Shown one piece after another: positions 10,189 to 20,843 of a stretch of 64,000 nucleotides of DNA. The position numbers were made by a program, and so were the translations under genes. This stretch comes from Bacteroidota bacterium (lineage in GTDB: Bacteria; Bacteroidota; Bacteroidia; AKYH767-A; 2013-40CM-41-45), in contig SHNE01000050.1 in assembly GCA_004295015.1 (NCBI GenBank), positions 315-64,314 on the forward strand, given 5' to 3'. Position 1 is the first letter of the stretch, and every line of letters starts with the position of its first letter. The notes under the pieces were generated by a model. It was not told the DNA's origin and ran no database searches. It saw only the letters and a list, made by a program, of their open reading frames with translations.

Positions 10189-10740
10189 TCACACTTTGAC
10201 ATGTCCCCAGTTCTTTCCCGATTTAATCCTATAAAGTTGCATTTCACTGATCCCGAACTTGGAAGCTATGTCCTTCAGACGCAGTTGTCTTTTATCTGAA
10301 AATATTTTTTGTTTGATTTCCTTCACTTTTCCGGCTGTTAACTTGTGGCCTTTGAGCCGTCTTTTTGCCTGATATGCTTTGACTACCGGGCTTTTTTGTT
10401 GGTGTTTGTCAAGTTCTTCTCTTGAAGCCCATTTGAGATTTGAGATTTTATTATTCAACTTGTTGTAGTCCAGGTGGATAACAAAAGTTTGATTTCGCTT
10501 TGGTTTTTTGTGAAAATGTTGTGCCACTAACTTATGCACATAACATTGTATGTCTTTGTCCTTGATTTTGAGCTTCAAAGCTGCGTAACCATTTACCCTG
10601 GTGCCTTTTAGAACCTTTTTATTTTCTAAAGTTCCTTTGAAGCTGGCAATTCTGCCCAGGTTAGAGACTGCATAATGAGTGCGTTCGAACTTTATTCCGA
10701 GTTTGATCTCTTTCCACTGTTCATTTTGAATCTTGGCCAT
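10189..10740 (-). CDS. free-standing NUMOD4 / HNH (HNH_3) endonuclease with C-terminal HTH, I-HmuI-like
   Basis: The NUMOD4-like N-terminus reads EQWKEI...YAVSNLGRIASF. The HNH_3 core reads YVHKLVAQHF...VIHLDYNKLNNKISNLKWASREE. The C-terminal HTH reads LKDIASKFGISEMQLYRIKSGKNW. Confidence 0.8.
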   Translation of the reverse strand: MAKIQNEQWKEIKLGIKFERTHYAVSNLGRIASFKGTLENKKVLKGTRVNGYAALKLKIKDKDIQCYVHKLVAQHFHKKPKRNQTFVIHLDYNKLNNKISNLKWASREELDKHQQKSPVVKAYQAKRRLKGHKLTAGKVKEIKQKIFSDKRQLRLKDIASKFGISEMQLYRIKSGKNWGHVKV

Positions 10741-10791
10741 AATTGGAGGTTTAAAATGTATTTAATATTAAAGATTCTTACTGCTTATTCT

Positions 10792-10821
10792 TTTGAAAAA
10801 CGAATGGTTGATATACATTTG
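10792..10821 (+). promoter_or_regulatory. candidate Bacteroidota sigma-A promoter for sdhCAB (-33 TTTG, -7 TAnnTTTG)
   Basis: TTTG lies at 10792-10795 and tacatttg at 10814-10821, separated by 18 nt. The pair sits about 90 nt upstream of the sdhC ATG. Confidence 0.3.
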
Positions 10822-10912
10822 TCCAAAGTAAAACCAATATTTACTAAAATTGTTTAAGCCAGCGAAAAGTTTTTACGCGCCGCTTTAAAACCTTAAATTA
10901 AGACCCGGGATT

Positions 10913-11593
10913 ATGATCGCTTCACTCCGAATGTTTTATTCATCTGTAGGACGCAAATTGGTGATGGCTCTCACCGGTTTGTTCCTCTGCACCTTCCTCG
11001 TTGAACACCTGTATGGGAACTTGTTATTATATAAAATTGACGGTGGGCTGGCCTTCAATGAATACTCTGCATGGATGGCGGGAAATCTATTCATTCGCAC
11101 AGTAGAAATTGGTCTGTTTGCAGGCTTTTTAATTCATATTATCGATGGTCTTTATCTGACGCTCCAAAATCGTAAGGCAAGACCTGTACGCTATGCCGTT
11201 AGTCAACAGACCGGAAATAGCACCTGGTTTTCCCGCAATATGGGTCTTACCGGTTCCTTTATTTTATTTTTCCTGATTGTTCACTTGCGTTCCTTCTTCT
11301 TTCCCCACCGTGTTCTTCATGCTGAAAATAGTATGGCTTATGATGTGGCCAATGCCTTCCAATCAAATTGGTATTCGGCGCTTTATGTACTTGCAATGGT
11401 GATTCTCGGTGCACATCTTAATCATGGTTTCCAATCGGCCTTCCAGACCGTAGGTGCTAATAATCAGAAATACCGATCAACATTAAAAATAGCAGGAAGC
11501 ATCTTTGCATTGATAATTATGATCGGCTTCGCTTCCTTCCCTGTCATGTTTTACTTTGATATATTTGGAGTTGCCTCTGATATATTGAGATAA
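10913..11593 (+). CDS. sdhC: succinate dehydrogenase/fumarate reductase cytochrome b subunit (b558 family)
   Basis: 226-aa polytopic membrane ORF with conserved His residues (LVEHLYGN, FLIHIIDG, GAHLNHGF). It lies immediately upstream of the flavoprotein and Fe-S subunit genes. Confidence 0.85.
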   Translation: MIASLRMFYSSVGRKLVMALTGLFLCTFLVEHLYGNLLLYKIDGGLAFNEYSAWMAGNLFIRTVEIGLFAGFLIHIIDGLYLTLQNRKARPVRYAVSQQTGNSTWFSRNMGLTGSFILFFLIVHLRSFFFPHRVLHAENSMAYDVANAFQSNWYSALYVLAMVILGAHLNHGFQSAFQTVGANNQKYRSTLKIAGSIFALIIMIGFASFPVMFYFDIFGVASDILR

Positions 11594-11663
11594 TCCGTAA
11601 ACAAACCGAAGTGAAATTTATTAATCGGCCTTTATATTTCTTACCAGACACTTTCCTAAAGCT

Positions 11664-13583
11664 ATGAATAAACTAAACTCAAAGATCCCGGATGGACCAC
11701 TCGAAAATAAGTGGAGCACATACAAATCAACTGTCCGGCTGGTAAATCCGGCTAATAAAAGGCGGCTTGAAGTGATTGTTGTAGGTTCAGGACTTGCAGG
11801 AGCAGCCGCAGCAGCCACTCTTGCTGAGCTGGGATACAAAGTGAAGTGCTTTTGTTTTCAGGACAGTCCACGTCGTGCACATTCTATCGCCGCACAGGGC
11901 GGTATCAATGCTGCTAAGAATTATTCTAACGATGGCGACAGTGTGTACCGACTTTTTTATGATACTGTGAAAGGTGGAGATTACAGAGCCCGTGAAGCAA
12001 ATGTTTATCGACTCGCTGAAGTATCTACTGCTATCATTGATCAATGCGTTGCACAGGGTGTTCCTTTTGCCCGAGAATACGGTGGACTGCTCGACAACCG
12101 TTCATTTGGTGGTGTGCAGGTATCAAGAACGTTTTACGCCAGGGGACAAACAGGTCAGCAGCTATTGTTAGGGGCTTACAGTTCTCTTTCCAGACAAATT
12201 GCCAAAAAGCAGGTGACCATGTATAATCGTCACGAAATGGTTGAACTGGTGATGGTAGATGGGAGAGCACGGGGAATTATAGCACGCGATTTAATCACCG
12301 GGGAACTGGAACGACATTCTGCACACGCAGTTGTGTTGGCAACAGGAGGCTATGGAAATGTATTTTATCTGAGTACAAATGCGATGGGAAGTAATACTAC
12401 TGCCATCTGGAAAGCATATAAAAAGGGAGCCTATTTTGGAAATCCTTGTTTCACGCAAATTCACCCTACCTGTATACCTGTTTCGGGCGAGTATCAATCG
12501 AAACTGACTTTGATGAGTGAAAGTTTACGTAATGATGGAAGAGTGTGGGTACCAAAAGCTCAGGGTGACAAACGCAGTCCATCTGACATACCTGATACTG
12601 AACGCGACTATTATCTGGAAAGAAGATATCCGGCTTTTGGAAATCTTGTCCCGCGTGATGTCGCCAGCCGTGCCGCCAAGCAGGCTTGTGATGAAGGAAA
12701 AGGCGTTGGTCCATCAGGGCTCGCGGTGTATCTTGATTTCAGGGACGCTATACAACGATTAGGAAAAGATGTAATACAGGAACGCTATGGCAATCTTTTT
12801 GAAATGTATGAAAAGATAACAGGTGAAGATCCCTATCAAACTCCAATGCGTATTTATCCGGCGGTGCATTATACAATGGGCGGCATTTGGGTTGACTATA
12901 ATCTGATGACTACTATACCCGGACTTTATGCCTTAGGAGAATGTAATTTTTCTGATCATGGAGCCAACCGTTTAGGAGCATCTGCATTGATGCAAGGACT
13001 TGCTGATGGCTACTTTGTTATCCCATATACCATTGGAGATTATCTTGCCGATGAAATCCGTAATCCTGCTATTTCAACAAGTCATGCTTCGTTTGAAGAA
13101 GCAGAGAAGGCAGTGCGTGAACGTACAAACCGACTTATGCAAATCAAAGGGAAGCAGACCGTAGAGGATCTTCACAAGAAATTGGGAAAGATCATGTGGG
13201 AATACTGTGGAATGGCACGAAATGAAGCCGGGCTCACCAAAGCACTTCAGCTGATTGCTGATTTGAAAAAAGAATTCTGGAGTGACGTAAGGATTCCGGG
13301 AGAGATTAATGAGTTCAATCCTGAGCTTGACAAGGCCGGACGGGTAGCTGATTTCATTGAGTTGGGTGAATTGATGGTTCGTGATGCATTGAACCGCAGA
13401 GAATCATGTGGAGGACATTTCCGTGAAGAGTCACAAACTGAGGATGGAGAGGCAAAGCGTGATGATGATAAATTTTCTTATGTGAGTGCATGGGAATATA
13501 CAGGAGAAAGTTCAGACCCTGTTCTCAATAAAGAAGAGTTAATATTTGATGTTGTTCATCCGACACAAAGAAGTTATAAGTAA
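11664..13583 (+). CDS. sdhA: succinate dehydrogenase/fumarate reductase flavoprotein subunit
   Basis: 639-aa ORF. It has the FAD dinucleotide fold [14 protein letters not shown], the covalent-FAD His context [14 protein letters not shown], and the HPT / ANRLGASAL motifs. Confidence 0.95.
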   Translation: MNKLNSKIPDGPLENKWSTYKSTVRLVNPANKRRLEVIVVGSGLAGAAAAATLAELGYKVKCFCFQDSPRRAHSIAAQGGINAAKNYSNDGDSVYRLFYDTVKGGDYRAREANVYRLAEVSTAIIDQCVAQGVPFAREYGGLLDNRSFGGVQVSRTFYARGQTGQQLLLGAYSSLSRQIAKKQVTMYNRHEMVELVMVDGRARGIIARDLITGELERHSAHAVVLATGGYGNVFYLSTNAMGSNTTAIWKAYKKGAYFGNPCFTQIHPTCIPVSGEYQSKLTLMSESLRNDGRVWVPKAQGDKRSPSDIPDTERDYYLERRYPAFGNLVPRDVASRAAKQACDEGKGVGPSGLAVYLDFRDAIQRLGKDVIQERYGNLFEMYEKITGEDPYQTPMRIYPAVHYTMGGIWVDYNLMTTIPGLYALGECNFSDHGANRLGASALMQGLADGYFVIPYTIGDYLADEIRNPAISTSHASFEEAEKAVRERTNRLMQIKGKQTVEDLHKKLGKIMWEYCGMARNEAGLTKALQLIADLKKEFWSDVRIPGEINEFNPELDKAGRVADFIELGELMVRDALNRRESCGGHFREESQTEDGEAKRDDDKFSYVSAWEYTGESSDPVLNKEELIFDVVHPTQRSYK

Positions 13584-13663
13584 TGAATGAAAGCATCAAT
13601 TTTCATCTTTACAACATTTATAGATTAAGAAGGTTAAACAAATTTCAATAGCACAATTTCACC

Positions 13664-14422
13664 ATGGCAGAAACAATCAATTTAAAATTGAAAATCTGGA
13701 GACAGCGCAACAGCAACGACACGGGGCATTTTGAAATGTATGATATGCCGGGAGTGAATACGCATATGTCATTTCTCGAAATGATGGATGTGTTAAATGA
13801 CCGACTGATCCGCGAAGGAAAAGATCCTGTGGCTTTCGATCATGATTGTCGCGAAGGAATTTGCGGTATGTGTTCTATGTATATCAATGGAAGAGCACAC
13901 GGACTTTTAAAAGGAACCACCACCTGTCAGTTGCATATGCGCTTTTTCTCAGAGGGTGAAACTATTACTATTGAGCCATGGAGGGCAGCTGCATTTCCTG
14001 TAATTAAAGATTTGGCTGTTGACCGTACCGGTTTTGAAAAAATTATGCAGGCCGGTGGTTATGTTTCTGTAAATACAGGAAATGCGCCTGATGCAAATAG
14101 CATTCCTATTGGGAAACCCTTAGCGGATGAAGCATTCGATGCAGCTGCCTGCATCGGTTGTGGTGCCTGTGTAGCTGCTTGCAAGAATGCTTCTGCCATG
14201 TTGTTTATGTCGGCCAAGGTTTCTCAGCTTGCCCTTTTACCACAAGGTCATCCTGAACGTAATCAAAGGGTTCTAAAAATGGTTGAGGCTCATGATGAAG
14301 CCGGCTTTGGAAGTTGTACAAATACCGGTGCTTGTGAAGCAGAATGCCCGAAAGAAATTTCGATTTCACACATTGCACGCCTGAACAGGGAATACCTGAA
14401 TGCCAGCTTGAACAAGGACTAA
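13664..14422 (+). CDS. sdhB: succinate dehydrogenase/fumarate reductase iron-sulfur subunit
   Basis: 252-aa ORF with three Cys clusters: [20 protein letters not shown] and [12 protein letters not shown]. Confidence 0.95.
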   Translation: MAETINLKLKIWRQRNSNDTGHFEMYDMPGVNTHMSFLEMMDVLNDRLIREGKDPVAFDHDCREGICGMCSMYINGRAHGLLKGTTTCQLHMRFFSEGETITIEPWRAAAFPVIKDLAVDRTGFEKIMQAGGYVSVNTGNAPDANSIPIGKPLADEAFDAAACIGCGACVAACKNASAMLFMSAKVSQLALLPQGHPERNQRVLKMVEAHDEAGFGSCTNTGACEAECPKEISISHIARLNREYLNASLNKD

Positions 14423-14438
14423 ACTTTAGCGGATACGT

Positions 14439-14472
14439 AAAAAAAAACCTGTGAGTTATCACAGGTTTTTTT
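14439..14472. terminator. bidirectional Rho-independent terminator (sdhB / convergent heme-protein gene)
   Basis: The sequence is aaaaaaaacctgtga-gtta-tcacaggttttttt. A 7-bp stem is flanked by an A-run and a T-run, between convergent genes. Confidence 0.75.
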
Positions 14473-14488
14473 ATGGGGTTCCTGATGC

Positions 14489-14944
14489 TTAAGGAACGAG
14501 TAGTTTTTTAATCCTGGGAACAGGTCCCGGACAATGTGTTGAATGACAGGCTAGACATGTATTCACAAGGTTATTATAGCTGGAAACGATTTCAGTCCCT
14601 TTGCTTGTTGAATACGATTTGACAGCGCTCAGGTATACATCAGCAAATGTATCGTAATAGGAATTTTTCGTTTCAGAATCAGTTGCTTTTGCAGTATGAA
14701 TCTTGTTAAAGGATTCGGGAATCTCCGGATTTATTTTTTCTTCCAGTGCCAGCTTCCTGGCTAATTGTGCATGTTCCAGCATTTCACGCATTAGCAATGA
14801 TAATTCACTGGAACCATTTGGATTCATGTCGGTGCTGTCATTAAAGGCAGTAGCGTTCTCGGAAGGTACGCCATCAACCAATTGCCAGCTCCCGAGATAC
14901 AGGCTAATACAAAGGATGATAAATACAGTTTTCATATTAATCAT
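14489..14944 (-). CDS. secreted small protein with C-terminal CxxCH heme-c motif (class II cytochrome c-like)
   Basis: The ORF has a signal peptide; the alternative start MKTVFIILCISLYLGS lies at 14935. The sequence composition looks helical to me (not computed). A single CLACH motif lies near the C-terminus, the arrangement seen in cytochrome c'-type four-helix proteins. Confidence 0.45.
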   Translation of the reverse strand: MINMKTVFIILCISLYLGSWQLVDGVPSENATAFNDSTDMNPNGSSELSLLMREMLEHAQLARKLALEEKINPEIPESFNKIHTAKATDSETKNSYYDTFADVYLSAVKSYSTSKGTEIVSSYNNLVNTCLACHSTHCPGPVPRIKKLLVP

Positions 14945-15404
14945 TGTATAGAAGAACTCCCGTTGCCTCGAATGAAATAGACGTTTCAGGTTTTGTTATG
15001 TTTTCAATCTCCTCTTTCGATTTTCCCGCATCTTCTGCATAATGCTTAAGCTCATCAACAGAAGTCTCCGTTTTATATGCAGAGCCTTCAAGAATTATTT
15101 TTTTTCCTTCACAATCTTTTGGAACAAAAAACGCATAATCATAAAAGCGAACCATCATTGTTTGGCCATCTCCGGCATCCATTTTAAGCCAGCATCCTTT
15201 TTTCTTACACACAGATTCAACGGTTCCCATAATCTTCGTGTGAATCGAATCTTGCTTCAGAAGTATTTTACTGATTTGATTGGACTCAATGGCATTATCG
15301 GGAGTGATTTTTTCTCCATAAGAATCTGCGGTACCGGCTGATTGTGCCCGGCTGATAGTACTGCTGATGGCAATTAAAAACAGTATAATTATTGACTTTT
15401 TCAT
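14937..15404 (-). CDS. DUF4920 domain protein (secreted)
   Basis: The ORF has a signal peptide. The core VCKKKGCWLKMDAGDGQTMMVRFYDYAFFVPKD matches what I recognise as DUF4920. Confidence 0.65.
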   Translation of the reverse strand: MKKSIIILFLIAISSTISRAQSAGTADSYGEKITPDNAIESNQISKILLKQDSIHTKIMGTVESVCKKKGCWLKMDAGDGQTMMVRFYDYAFFVPKDCEGKKIILEGSAYKTETSVDELKHYAEDAGKSKEEIENITKPETSISFEATGVLLYND

Positions 15405-15591
15405 CTTTTTTAGAATTGTTTTGACAAATATACTCTTAACCTTTCGATTGTGGAATATGATTTCGCACAGGATTTCTTATATTCATTGAAAATTCAAGAT
15501 AGACGAAATTTCACTCGAAATTTGGGAACAGCTGAGCTGAAGTCCTTAATTGGCCGGAAATGTTCTTATTTTTGAGCTTCCAAATTCCTAT

Positions 15592-17460
15592 ATGAAACTA
15601 CTTAATTTACTCCTGCTTAGCCTGCTAATTTCCTGTACCATGAAAGACACCCATAAGGATGAAATTATTGAATCCAATCAAATTTATATTCATGATCCTC
15701 ATTCATATGCTAATGCTGCAGATGCCGTGATTCGTCATTTGGCTCTTGATCTAAACGTACATTTTGACACAAAAATTCTTAGCGGAAAAGCAAGTATCTA
15801 TTTTGAAAATATAACATCAGCGAAAAAAATAATTCTGGATACGAGGGATTTAAGGATAGAGAGAGTGACCCTTGATTCAGCCGGGACTAAGGCTGATTTT
15901 ACTCTGGGGAAAAATGATCCCTTTCTTGGACAAGCTTTGACTATTGATATTGAGCCTGACACAAAATTCCTGACGGTCTATTATTCAACATCACCGGATG
16001 CCCAGGCTTTGCAATGGTTAAGTCCGGAGCAAACAGCAGGAAAAAAATCACCTTTTCTTTTCACTCAATCACAAGCAATTCTTGCCCGGTCATGGGTGCC
16101 CGTACAGGATAGTCCGGGAATACGATTTACATATGAAGCCAGGATTCATGTTCCCCCGGGATTGATGGCCGTGATGAGTGCGAAGAATCCACAAGAGAAG
16201 AATCAGGAGGGGAATTACAGTTTTCGTATGGATCAAAAGATTCCAGCATATCTTCTTGCACTGGCTGTTGGCGATTTCACCTTCATGCCTCTTGACAAGC
16301 GTACAGGAGTATATGCGGAAAGCGTTACCATTAGCAAAGCGGTCAATGAGTTTGCAGATTTGCCTAAGATGCTTGATGCAGCAGAGAATCTCTACGGACC
16401 CTATGCATGGGAGCAGTACGATGTGATTGTATTGCCCCCAAGTTTTCCATTCGGCGGAATGGAGAACCCGCGAATAACCTTTGCCACCCCTACAATACTG
16501 GCCGGAGACAGATCTCTCACTGCCCTGATTGCCCATGAACTCGCTCATAGTTGGAGCGGAAATCTTGTAACCAATGCAACCTGGAATGATTTCTGGATGA
16601 ACGAAGGATTTACTGTTTATTTTGAAAGCAGAATCATGGAGTCATTGTACGGAAAAGATTTTGCTGATATGCAAACACTTCTCGGAGTGGAAGACCTGAA
16701 GGAAACTATTGCAGAGTTAGGAGAAAAGAGCGAAGACACACACTTAAAGCTAAAATTGGATGGCCGTGATCCTGATGATGGTATGAATGATGTTGCATAT
16801 GAGAAAGGGAGACTTCTCATTCTTTTGTTGGAGCAAACTTTTGGCAGAGAGAAGCTGGATATTTTTCTCAGGAACCATTTTAAGAATCATGCATTTGGTA
16901 CAATTACTACAGAACAGTTTATTGATGAGTATAAACGCGACTTAGTCGGAACTGACACGGCAAAAGAAAAATTTATCAATATTGAACAATGGATATATGC
17001 ACCCGGCCTGCCTTCGAATGCTCCACAAATTAAATCTGTCCGTTTTGAGAATGTCGCAGCACAGGTTGAAAAGTGGAACTCTGGAACAAAGGCAAGCCGG
17101 CTTCAAACAAAAGATTATACAACTAATGAATGGCTTAGATTTTTAGGGCTCCTTCCACAAAAACTAACTCATCAACAAATAAAGGAGTTGGATGAAACGT
17201 TTCATTTTTCTCAAACCGGAAATTCTGAGATATTATTCGCATGGCTTGAGAAGGTTGTGAATAATGAATATAAAGAAAATTATCCTCAGCTAAAAAAATT
17301 TCTCATTGATATTGGTCGTCGAAAATTTGTTAAACCACTTTTTACTGCACTCGTTAAAACCCCGGAGGGAAAAAGGTTTGCTAAAGAAATATATAAGGAG
17401 TCAAGACCAAATTATCATTACGTAACACAAACAACAATTGATGGGATCTTAAATAAATAA
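15592..17460 (+). CDS. M1-family aminopeptidase (leukotriene A4 hydrolase-like) lipoprotein
   Basis: The exopeptidase motif is GGMEN. The zinc motif is HELAHSWSGN...WMNEGF (HExxH-x18-E). The C-terminal region is LTA4H-like. I chose the start at the ATG giving MKLLNLLLLSLLISC because a TAnnTTTG box (tatttttg, 15567-15574) lies between it and the track's TTG start at 15550. Confidence 0.9.
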   Translation: MKLLNLLLLSLLISCTMKDTHKDEIIESNQIYIHDPHSYANAADAVIRHLALDLNVHFDTKILSGKASIYFENITSAKKIILDTRDLRIERVTLDSAGTKADFTLGKNDPFLGQALTIDIEPDTKFLTVYYSTSPDAQALQWLSPEQTAGKKSPFLFTQSQAILARSWVPVQDSPGIRFTYEARIHVPPGLMAVMSAKNPQEKNQEGNYSFRMDQKIPAYLLALAVGDFTFMPLDKRTGVYAESVTISKAVNEFADLPKMLDAAENLYGPYAWEQYDVIVLPPSFPFGGMENPRITFATPTILAGDRSLTALIAHELAHSWSGNLVTNATWNDFWMNEGFTVYFESRIMESLYGKDFADMQTLLGVEDLKETIAELGEKSEDTHLKLKLDGRDPDDGMNDVAYEKGRLLILLLEQTFGREKLDIFLRNHFKNHAFGTITTEQFIDEYKRDLVGTDTAKEKFINIEQWIYAPGLPSNAPQIKSVRFENVAAQVEKWNSGTKASRLQTKDYTTNEWLRFLGLLPQKLTHQQIKELDETFHFSQTGNSEILFAWLEKVVNNEYKENYPQLKKFLIDIGRRKFVKPLFTALVKTPEGKRFAKEIYKESRPNYHYVTQTTIDGILNK

Positions 17461-17462
17461 AA

Positions 17463-18059
17463 ATGAAAAGGACCGATTTACTCATTTATCTTTTTGTAAC
17501 CCTGGTACTTTATTCTTCATGCACCGGCAAAAGGTCGTCGGAGAAAACGACAGAAAATATTAGGACGTATTATTCTTTAGGAAAAGAAGTATCCGCAAGT
17601 GCGCAAGGGGCTTTGATCCAACATCTTTCCAAAGCTATTGAAGAGGGAGGGCCGGCCTATGCCGTTCAATTTTGTAATTTGAAAGCCATGGAGGTGATAG
17701 ATAGTATTAGCATGGTAAATAATTGCGTTGTATCGAGAGTCACAGATCTGAACCGTAATCCCGGAAATTTTATTTCAAGTGAAGAGGACAAAAACATCTG
17801 GACCTATTACACGAACGAAATTTCCGAAAAAGCTGCGGCTGATACCGTAGTTGAAACTCCGGGTAGTATAGTTTATTTCAAGCCCATAAAAATAGGAATG
17901 CCAACCTGTTTAAAATGCCATGGTCAGCCCGGCGTAGATATTGATCAAAACACAATGCTTGTGATTGACAGTCTTTACCCCAAAGACCTGGCGAGAAATT
18001 ATAAAAGCGGAGATTTGAGAGGACTTTGGAAAATTGAATTTTCGAAATCTGTTCAATAA
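17463..18059 (+). CDS. DUF3365 / c-type heme family protein
   Basis: The lipoprotein-like signal is LVLYSSC. It has the motif PTCLKCHGQPG and starts 2 nt after the M1 peptidase stop. Confidence 0.6.
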   Translation: MKRTDLLIYLFVTLVLYSSCTGKRSSEKTTENIRTYYSLGKEVSASAQGALIQHLSKAIEEGGPAYAVQFCNLKAMEVIDSISMVNNCVVSRVTDLNRNPGNFISSEEDKNIWTYYTNEISEKAAADTVVETPGSIVYFKPIKIGMPTCLKCHGQPGVDIDQNTMLVIDSLYPKDLARNYKSGDLRGLWKIEFSKSVQ

Positions 18060-18070
18060 AACTTTGAAAT

Positions 18071-19921
18071 CTATTTTTGATTTTTTTTTCCATTGATCCA
18101 TTCTCTCACATTTTCACTTAATAATTTTAGTGGAAGGGGACCACTTGTAAGGATAACATCATGAAATTCCCTGATGTCAAAATTATTCCCAAGTTCTTTT
18201 TGTGCCCGCTCTCGTAACTCCAAAATCTTGAGCATGCCAATTTTATATCCGGTAGCCTGAGAAGGCCATACGATATATCTGTCAATTTCTTTTCTGCAAT
18301 CTCCTTCAGGATTTGGTGTATTACGAATGAAATACTGATATGCCTGTTCGCGTGTCCATTTTTTATGATGAATACCGACATCAACAACCAGGCGTGCAGC
18401 GCGGAAAACTTCGTTCGCCAGCCTTCCAAAATCTGAATATGGATCCTGATAAAATCCATATTCTTTCGGAATCAGTTCAGCATAAAGCGCCCATCCTTCC
18501 ACATAGGCAACATTTCCTCCGTGTTGTCTGAATTTGGGAATGCCTGTGAGCTCCTGCGCAATAGCAATTTGCATATGGTGACCGGGAATTCCTTCGTGAT
18601 AAGCCAATGCTTCGGCCTGATAGATAGGTTGATCCTTCATATCATATAAGTTGATATAATAGGTTCCCGGTCTGGAACCATCCTGGGCAGGATCTTCATA
18701 AAATGCTCCGCCTGCAGATTTTTCCCGGAATGGTTCGACGGCTTTTACCACAATTGGCGCAACAGGCTTGGTTAAAAATAGCATGTCCAATTTACTTCTC
18801 ATGGTATCAATGATGCCTGTCGCCAATGTCATGTATTGCTTTCTTCCTTCAGGAGTGTTAGGAAAATAAAATTGTTTGTTCTCTCTGAGAAATTCAAAGA
18901 ACCAAATGAGACTATCATCCTTCTTATTTAGTTTTTGGATTATTTCCCGCATCTCAGCATGAATTCTTTTCACTTCACGCTCACCGGTTTCAAAAATTTC
19001 ATCCGGTGTCATATCAGTTGTGGTGGTATTGTAAAGTGCTGCTTTGTAAAATCGGTCACCGGAAGGAAATTTCCATGCACCATCATCATTCGAAGCGTGT
19101 TCTTCCAGTTGTTTGAGTTCTGAAATTAATTTTTGGTATGCAGGCTGTACGACTTCAACAAGTGCATTGGCTGCAAGCCTGAGTAATTCATTTTTTTCCG
19201 AGTAGCTAACGGTATTTAACGAGGATACTTTGCTTGTGAAGTCTTCGAACAAAGGACTTTTTTCATAGCCCTGATCAAATGGTATACCTTTGACAATATT
19301 TTTACAATCATCAAGCACCATTGGGAATACAAATTTAGGCAGGTTTATTCCGAGGCTATCTCTAATCCTCAGTCCCTCAATAATCTGATCGAATAGCGGG
19401 CCAATTCCATTTAGACGGGCAATGTAGGCTCTTGCATCTGAAACAGAGTCAATTCGGTGCATGTTAATAAGAAAAGCCGGAATTGCAGATTGTAGTCCAT
19501 CCATCTGATTCACCGGGTAATTGTGAAACCTCCATGGAAACATTGAAATTTGTTGCTGGGCTTGAAACTCGAAGCATCGGAAGCTTAGTTTTGTTTTCTC
19601 GTCTAATTTTTCAAAATTAATGTTGGTTCGCAGATACTCAAGTTCTCCTTCAATAATTTTATTCTCTGCCAGAGCCATGGAGTCCGACCTGTTGGTCCAC
19701 TTGTCGTAATCTTTTTTTATGGACAGAAAGGTTTGCTGCTCAGGATTCCGGTCAAGGGCGGCATCGAATGAATTGTCAAAAAAGTCATTTGCTTTTTTTG
19801 ATTCTGACAATATTTCTTCCTCCGTGTAAGTGATTTGTGCTTTTTTCTGTTCCTGAAGGCAGGAAAGCAAAATGAAAACGGGAAGAGAAAGCAATGCAGT
19901 AATTATAAGTTTTTTGATCAT
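18071..19921 (-). CDS. DUF885-family putative metallopeptidase lipoprotein
   Basis: The DUF885 signature is HEGIPGHHMQ. I chose the internal start MIKKLIITALLSLPVFILLSC at 19921 because a minus-strand TAnnTTTG box (tacttttg, 19975-19968) lies inside the track's 59-codon N-terminal extension. Confidence 0.8.
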   Translation of the reverse strand: MIKKLIITALLSLPVFILLSCLQEQKKAQITYTEEEILSESKKANDFFDNSFDAALDRNPEQQTFLSIKKDYDKWTNRSDSMALAENKIIEGELEYLRTNINFEKLDEKTKLSFRCFEFQAQQQISMFPWRFHNYPVNQMDGLQSAIPAFLINMHRIDSVSDARAYIARLNGIGPLFDQIIEGLRIRDSLGINLPKFVFPMVLDDCKNIVKGIPFDQGYEKSPLFEDFTSKVSSLNTVSYSEKNELLRLAANALVEVVQPAYQKLISELKQLEEHASNDDGAWKFPSGDRFYKAALYNTTTTDMTPDEIFETGEREVKRIHAEMREIIQKLNKKDDSLIWFFEFLRENKQFYFPNTPEGRKQYMTLATGIIDTMRSKLDMLFLTKPVAPIVVKAVEPFREKSAGGAFYEDPAQDGSRPGTYYINLYDMKDQPIYQAEALAYHEGIPGHHMQIAIAQELTGIPKFRQHGGNVAYVEGWALYAELIPKEYGFYQDPYSDFGRLANEVFRAARLVVDVGIHHKKWTREQAYQYFIRNTPNPEGDCRKEIDRYIVWPSQATGYKIGMLKILELRERAQKELGNNFDIREFHDVILTSGPLPLKLLSENVREWINGKKNQK

Positions 19922-20167
19922 GGGAAAACGAGAATAAAGAGGTGCAATGAGGTTCGAAAATTTTTTACAAAAGTACTGAAGATTTTCCAGCTCCTGTCGG
20001 CATTGCTGATTTTTTTGCTGTGATTTTTTTATGTAAATAGGTTTATTGTTCTCTAATGATGCATTGATGCTGGGTAAATCGATGAATAATTTAGTCATCG
20101 CTTGCCTTGATCATGGAACATTCTTATATTTACTTTAAGGATCTTTAGATAATTTAAAATCAGGTAT

Positions 20168-20659
20168 ATGATCAACATCAGACCGGCTACAGAGGCCGAT
20201 CAGGCATCCATGATGGAAATTTACAACGAAGCAGTGCTTCATTCCAATGCAACGTTTGATACAGAACCCCGAACCCTTAACGCTCAACTCAGCTGGTTTC
20301 GGGCTCATAAGAAGAATCATCCTGTTCTTGTTGCTGAGGAATCCAATCAGATTATCGGATGGGCCTCTTTAAGTCCCTGGAGTGAAAGGTGTGCCTATGA
20401 AACAACGGTGGAAGTTTCGATATATATTCATAAGGATTTTAGAGGAAAAGGTACGGGAATCAAGCTATTGAAAATTATTACTCTGGAAGGTGAGAAAGCG
20501 GGTAACCATACTATTATTTCACGGATTACAGGTGGCAATGATGTGAGTATTCACATCCATGAAAAGTTAGGATACAGGCATATTGGGGTAATGGAAGAAG
20601 TTGGCTTTAAATTTGGCAAGTATCAGGATGTGTATTTGATGCAATACGTTTTTAAGTGA
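20168..20659 (+). CDS. GNAT N-acetyltransferase (phosphinothricin/YncA-like)
   Basis: 163-aa ORF. It begins IRPATEADQASMMEIYNEAVLHSNATFDTEP and carries the acetyl-CoA motif FRGKGTGIKLL. Confidence 0.8.
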   Translation: MINIRPATEADQASMMEIYNEAVLHSNATFDTEPRTLNAQLSWFRAHKKNHPVLVAEESNQIIGWASLSPWSERCAYETTVEVSIYIHKDFRGKGTGIKLLKIITLEGEKAGNHTIISRITGGNDVSIHIHEKLGYRHIGVMEEVGFKFGKYQDVYLMQYVFK

Positions 20660-20843
20660 ATAGGATTTGTTATTCAGACTGAGTAATTTCATGCTTTCAA
20701 GTAGTAGGTTTTTTATATATTTGATCTAGAGTTAGATTTTCTGCAAGAGCAATTGCTAAATGAGTAATGAATTATTAAACACAGGAATGCTTATTCGATG
20801 GATTTTGTTTTTTAAATAGGAGCTTTCTTTCAAGAAGTATATC

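Noticed and set aside
9946-10912. HNH endonuclease locus considered as a prophage or mobile-island remnant
   Set aside because: I found no integrase, phage structural genes, tRNA target or flanking direct repeats. Only the single endonuclease gene is present.
16090-16548. 152-aa minus-strand ORF inside the M1 peptidase gene
   Set aside because: It is antisense to the GGMEN/HExxH region of a confidently called peptidase.
19922-20098. 59-codon N-terminal extension of the DUF885 gene, and similar track extensions at 15550, 25775, 28876, 32004, 33719 and 35220
   Set aside because: Downstream ATGs give canonical signal or lipoprotein peptides. In two cases a TAnnTTTG box lies inside the extension, so the extensions are most likely untranslated.
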